Shown here: positions 62,996-64,000 of the stretch, piece after piece
How the letters are laid out: every line of letters begins with the position of its first letter
Position numbering within the stretch: the first letter of the stretch is position 1
From: an uncultured Rubrobacteraceae bacterium
GTDB lineage: Bacteria; Actinomycetota; Rubrobacteria; Rubrobacterales; Rubrobacteraceae
Length of the DNA: 64,000 bases
Direction of reading: 5' to 3'
Assembly: GCA_902806085.1 (NCBI GenBank)
Contig: CADCVH010000031.1
Span: 15,950 to 79,949 of the forward strand
Notes under the pieces: model-generated
Databases searched by the model: none
What the model was told of the DNA's origin: nothing
What the model saw: only the letters and a program-made list of their open reading frames with translations
Position numbers and translations under genes: made by a program

Positions 62996-63555
62996 GGTGG
63001 GCGATCGTTCTGCTGATAACGTCTCTGCTGATCGCCGGCTGCGGCCAGAATGCCGGGGAGCCGGATGCTTCGAACACGGGCGGGAACGCTTCGTCCCCCA
63101 AAAACGCACAAGACGGCACCTCGAAGCCGGCGACGTCCGGCCCGTGCAAGGGCGTACCGGTCGAGAGGTGCGACATCGTAGATCCGTCGCGGACGGTGAC
63201 GATAGATGCCGATGATGGCGACGTGCGGGTGCGGGTCGAGGTGGCCGACGATATGGACGAGATGCAGAAGGGGCTCATGGGGCGCACGGCGCTGGCCGAA
63301 GACGCCGGGATGCTCTTCGTCTACCCCGAGGAGCGGGAGCTGTCGTTCTGGATGAAGGACACCCTGATCCCGCTCTCCATAGCCTTTATGGACTCCGAGG
63401 GGCGAATCGTGGACATCCAGGAGATGAAGGCGTTAGACGACACGCCGCCCCACTACACCTCGGCCGAGCCCGCGCGGTACGCCCTTGAGGCCAACAAGGG
63501 CTTCTTCGCGCAGCGCGGCGTCGGGGTGGGGGACAGGGCCGAGCTGCCCGTCTAG
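62992..63555 (+). CDS. DUF192 family lipoprotein
   Basis: Lipobox LIAGC; VEVAD, GLM.R, GMLF, FWMKDT.IPLSIAF, YALE. Confidence 0.88.
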   Translation: MRWAIVLLITSLLIAGCGQNAGEPDASNTGGNASSPKNAQDGTSKPATSGPCKGVPVERCDIVDPSRTVTIDADDGDVRVRVEVADDMDEMQKGLMGRTALAEDAGMLFVYPEERELSFWMKDTLIPLSIAFMDSEGRIVDIQEMKALDDTPPHYTSAEPARYALEANKGFFAQRGVGVGDRAELPV

Positions 63556-63660
63556 GCGTCGGGCCGGGGGCCGGTTTCCCACGCGCCGTCGTGCGTTTTT
63601 TCGTTCGATCCGGCCTTCCTGATAACCTTGGGGCGTTGGCCGGAGACTAATCGGAGGACG

Positions 63661-64000
63661 GTGGTATCGCGGGTGGTTGACGTGGCGGTCGTTGGGACCG
63701 GGTACGTGGGGCTCGTGACGGGGGCGAGCCTGGCCCGGGTCGGGCACAGGGTGACGTGCGTGGATAGGGACCGGGAACGCGTCGCGGGGCTGCGGGAGGG
63801 CAGGATGCCGTTCTACGAGCCGGGCCTGGAGGAGCTGGTCGCGCGCGAGGTGGGCTCGGGAAAGCTCTCCTTTGCCGAGGAGCTCGATGCCGCCGTGGGC
63901 CGGGCCGACGTCGTCTTTATCGCCGTCGGCACGCCGCAGGGGGAGGGCGGGGCGGCCGACCTCTCCAACGTCTCGCACGTCGCCCGGGGGATCGGGCGGG
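63661..64000 (+). CDS. ugd: UDP-glucose/GDP-mannose dehydrogenase, 5' part (runs off window)
   Basis: Manual translation: VAVVGTGYVGL.TG...A..GH.V.CVD...MPFYEPGL..L...FIAVGTP; GGAGGA SD. Confidence 0.9.
   Translation, partial: MVSRVVDVAVVGTGYVGLVTGASLARVGHRVTCVDRDRERVAGLREGRMPFYEPGLEELVAREVGSGKLSFAEELDAAVGRADVVFIAVGTPQGEGGAADLSNVSHVARGIGR

Overview
A GC-rich (about 70% by eye), densely coding chromosomal window. Gene content and style suggest a deep-branching actinobacterium, probably Rubrobacter (an inference, not checked by search). It holds about 75 mostly housekeeping CDSs: a YnjBCD-like ABC importer with a nucleoside hydrolase and an APH-like kinase, nfeD-qmcA, a CopG/PHB-depolymerase pair, hisC-tyrA divergent from aroQ-aroF, two tandem Ser/Thr kinases with htrA and rpiA, two ECF sigma/anti-sigma modules, a cysM-mec-cysO-moeZ sulfur-relay operon, topB, a Ca2+/H+ antiporter, and the start of ugd. 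It also holds one tRNA-Ser(GCT), a frameshifted isochorismatase pseudogene and a small islet with an IS701-like remnant. I see no CRISPR array, prophage or intact transposase. The best leads are: (1) an uncharacterised pterin/flavin-modification cluster (RibD-like reductase, MDR dehydrogenase, Cys-less PTPS, GT4, methyltransferase) divergent from folB, an acyltransferase and an MFS transporter; (2) a stand-alone cupin resembling the DddW/DddK DMSP lyases; (3) a dispersed family of about 180-210 bp intergenic elements bounded by inverted arrays of AGG-initiated 7-8-mers; (4) a CysO sulfur carrier with a 7-residue tail after its GG motif; (5) a 66-aa orphan gene with near-consensus expression signals; (6) three probable CTG start codons and many probable leaderless genes. 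Product calls come from motifs I read in the translations. Many start codons were moved from the ORF track on RBS, -10 or overlap evidence.
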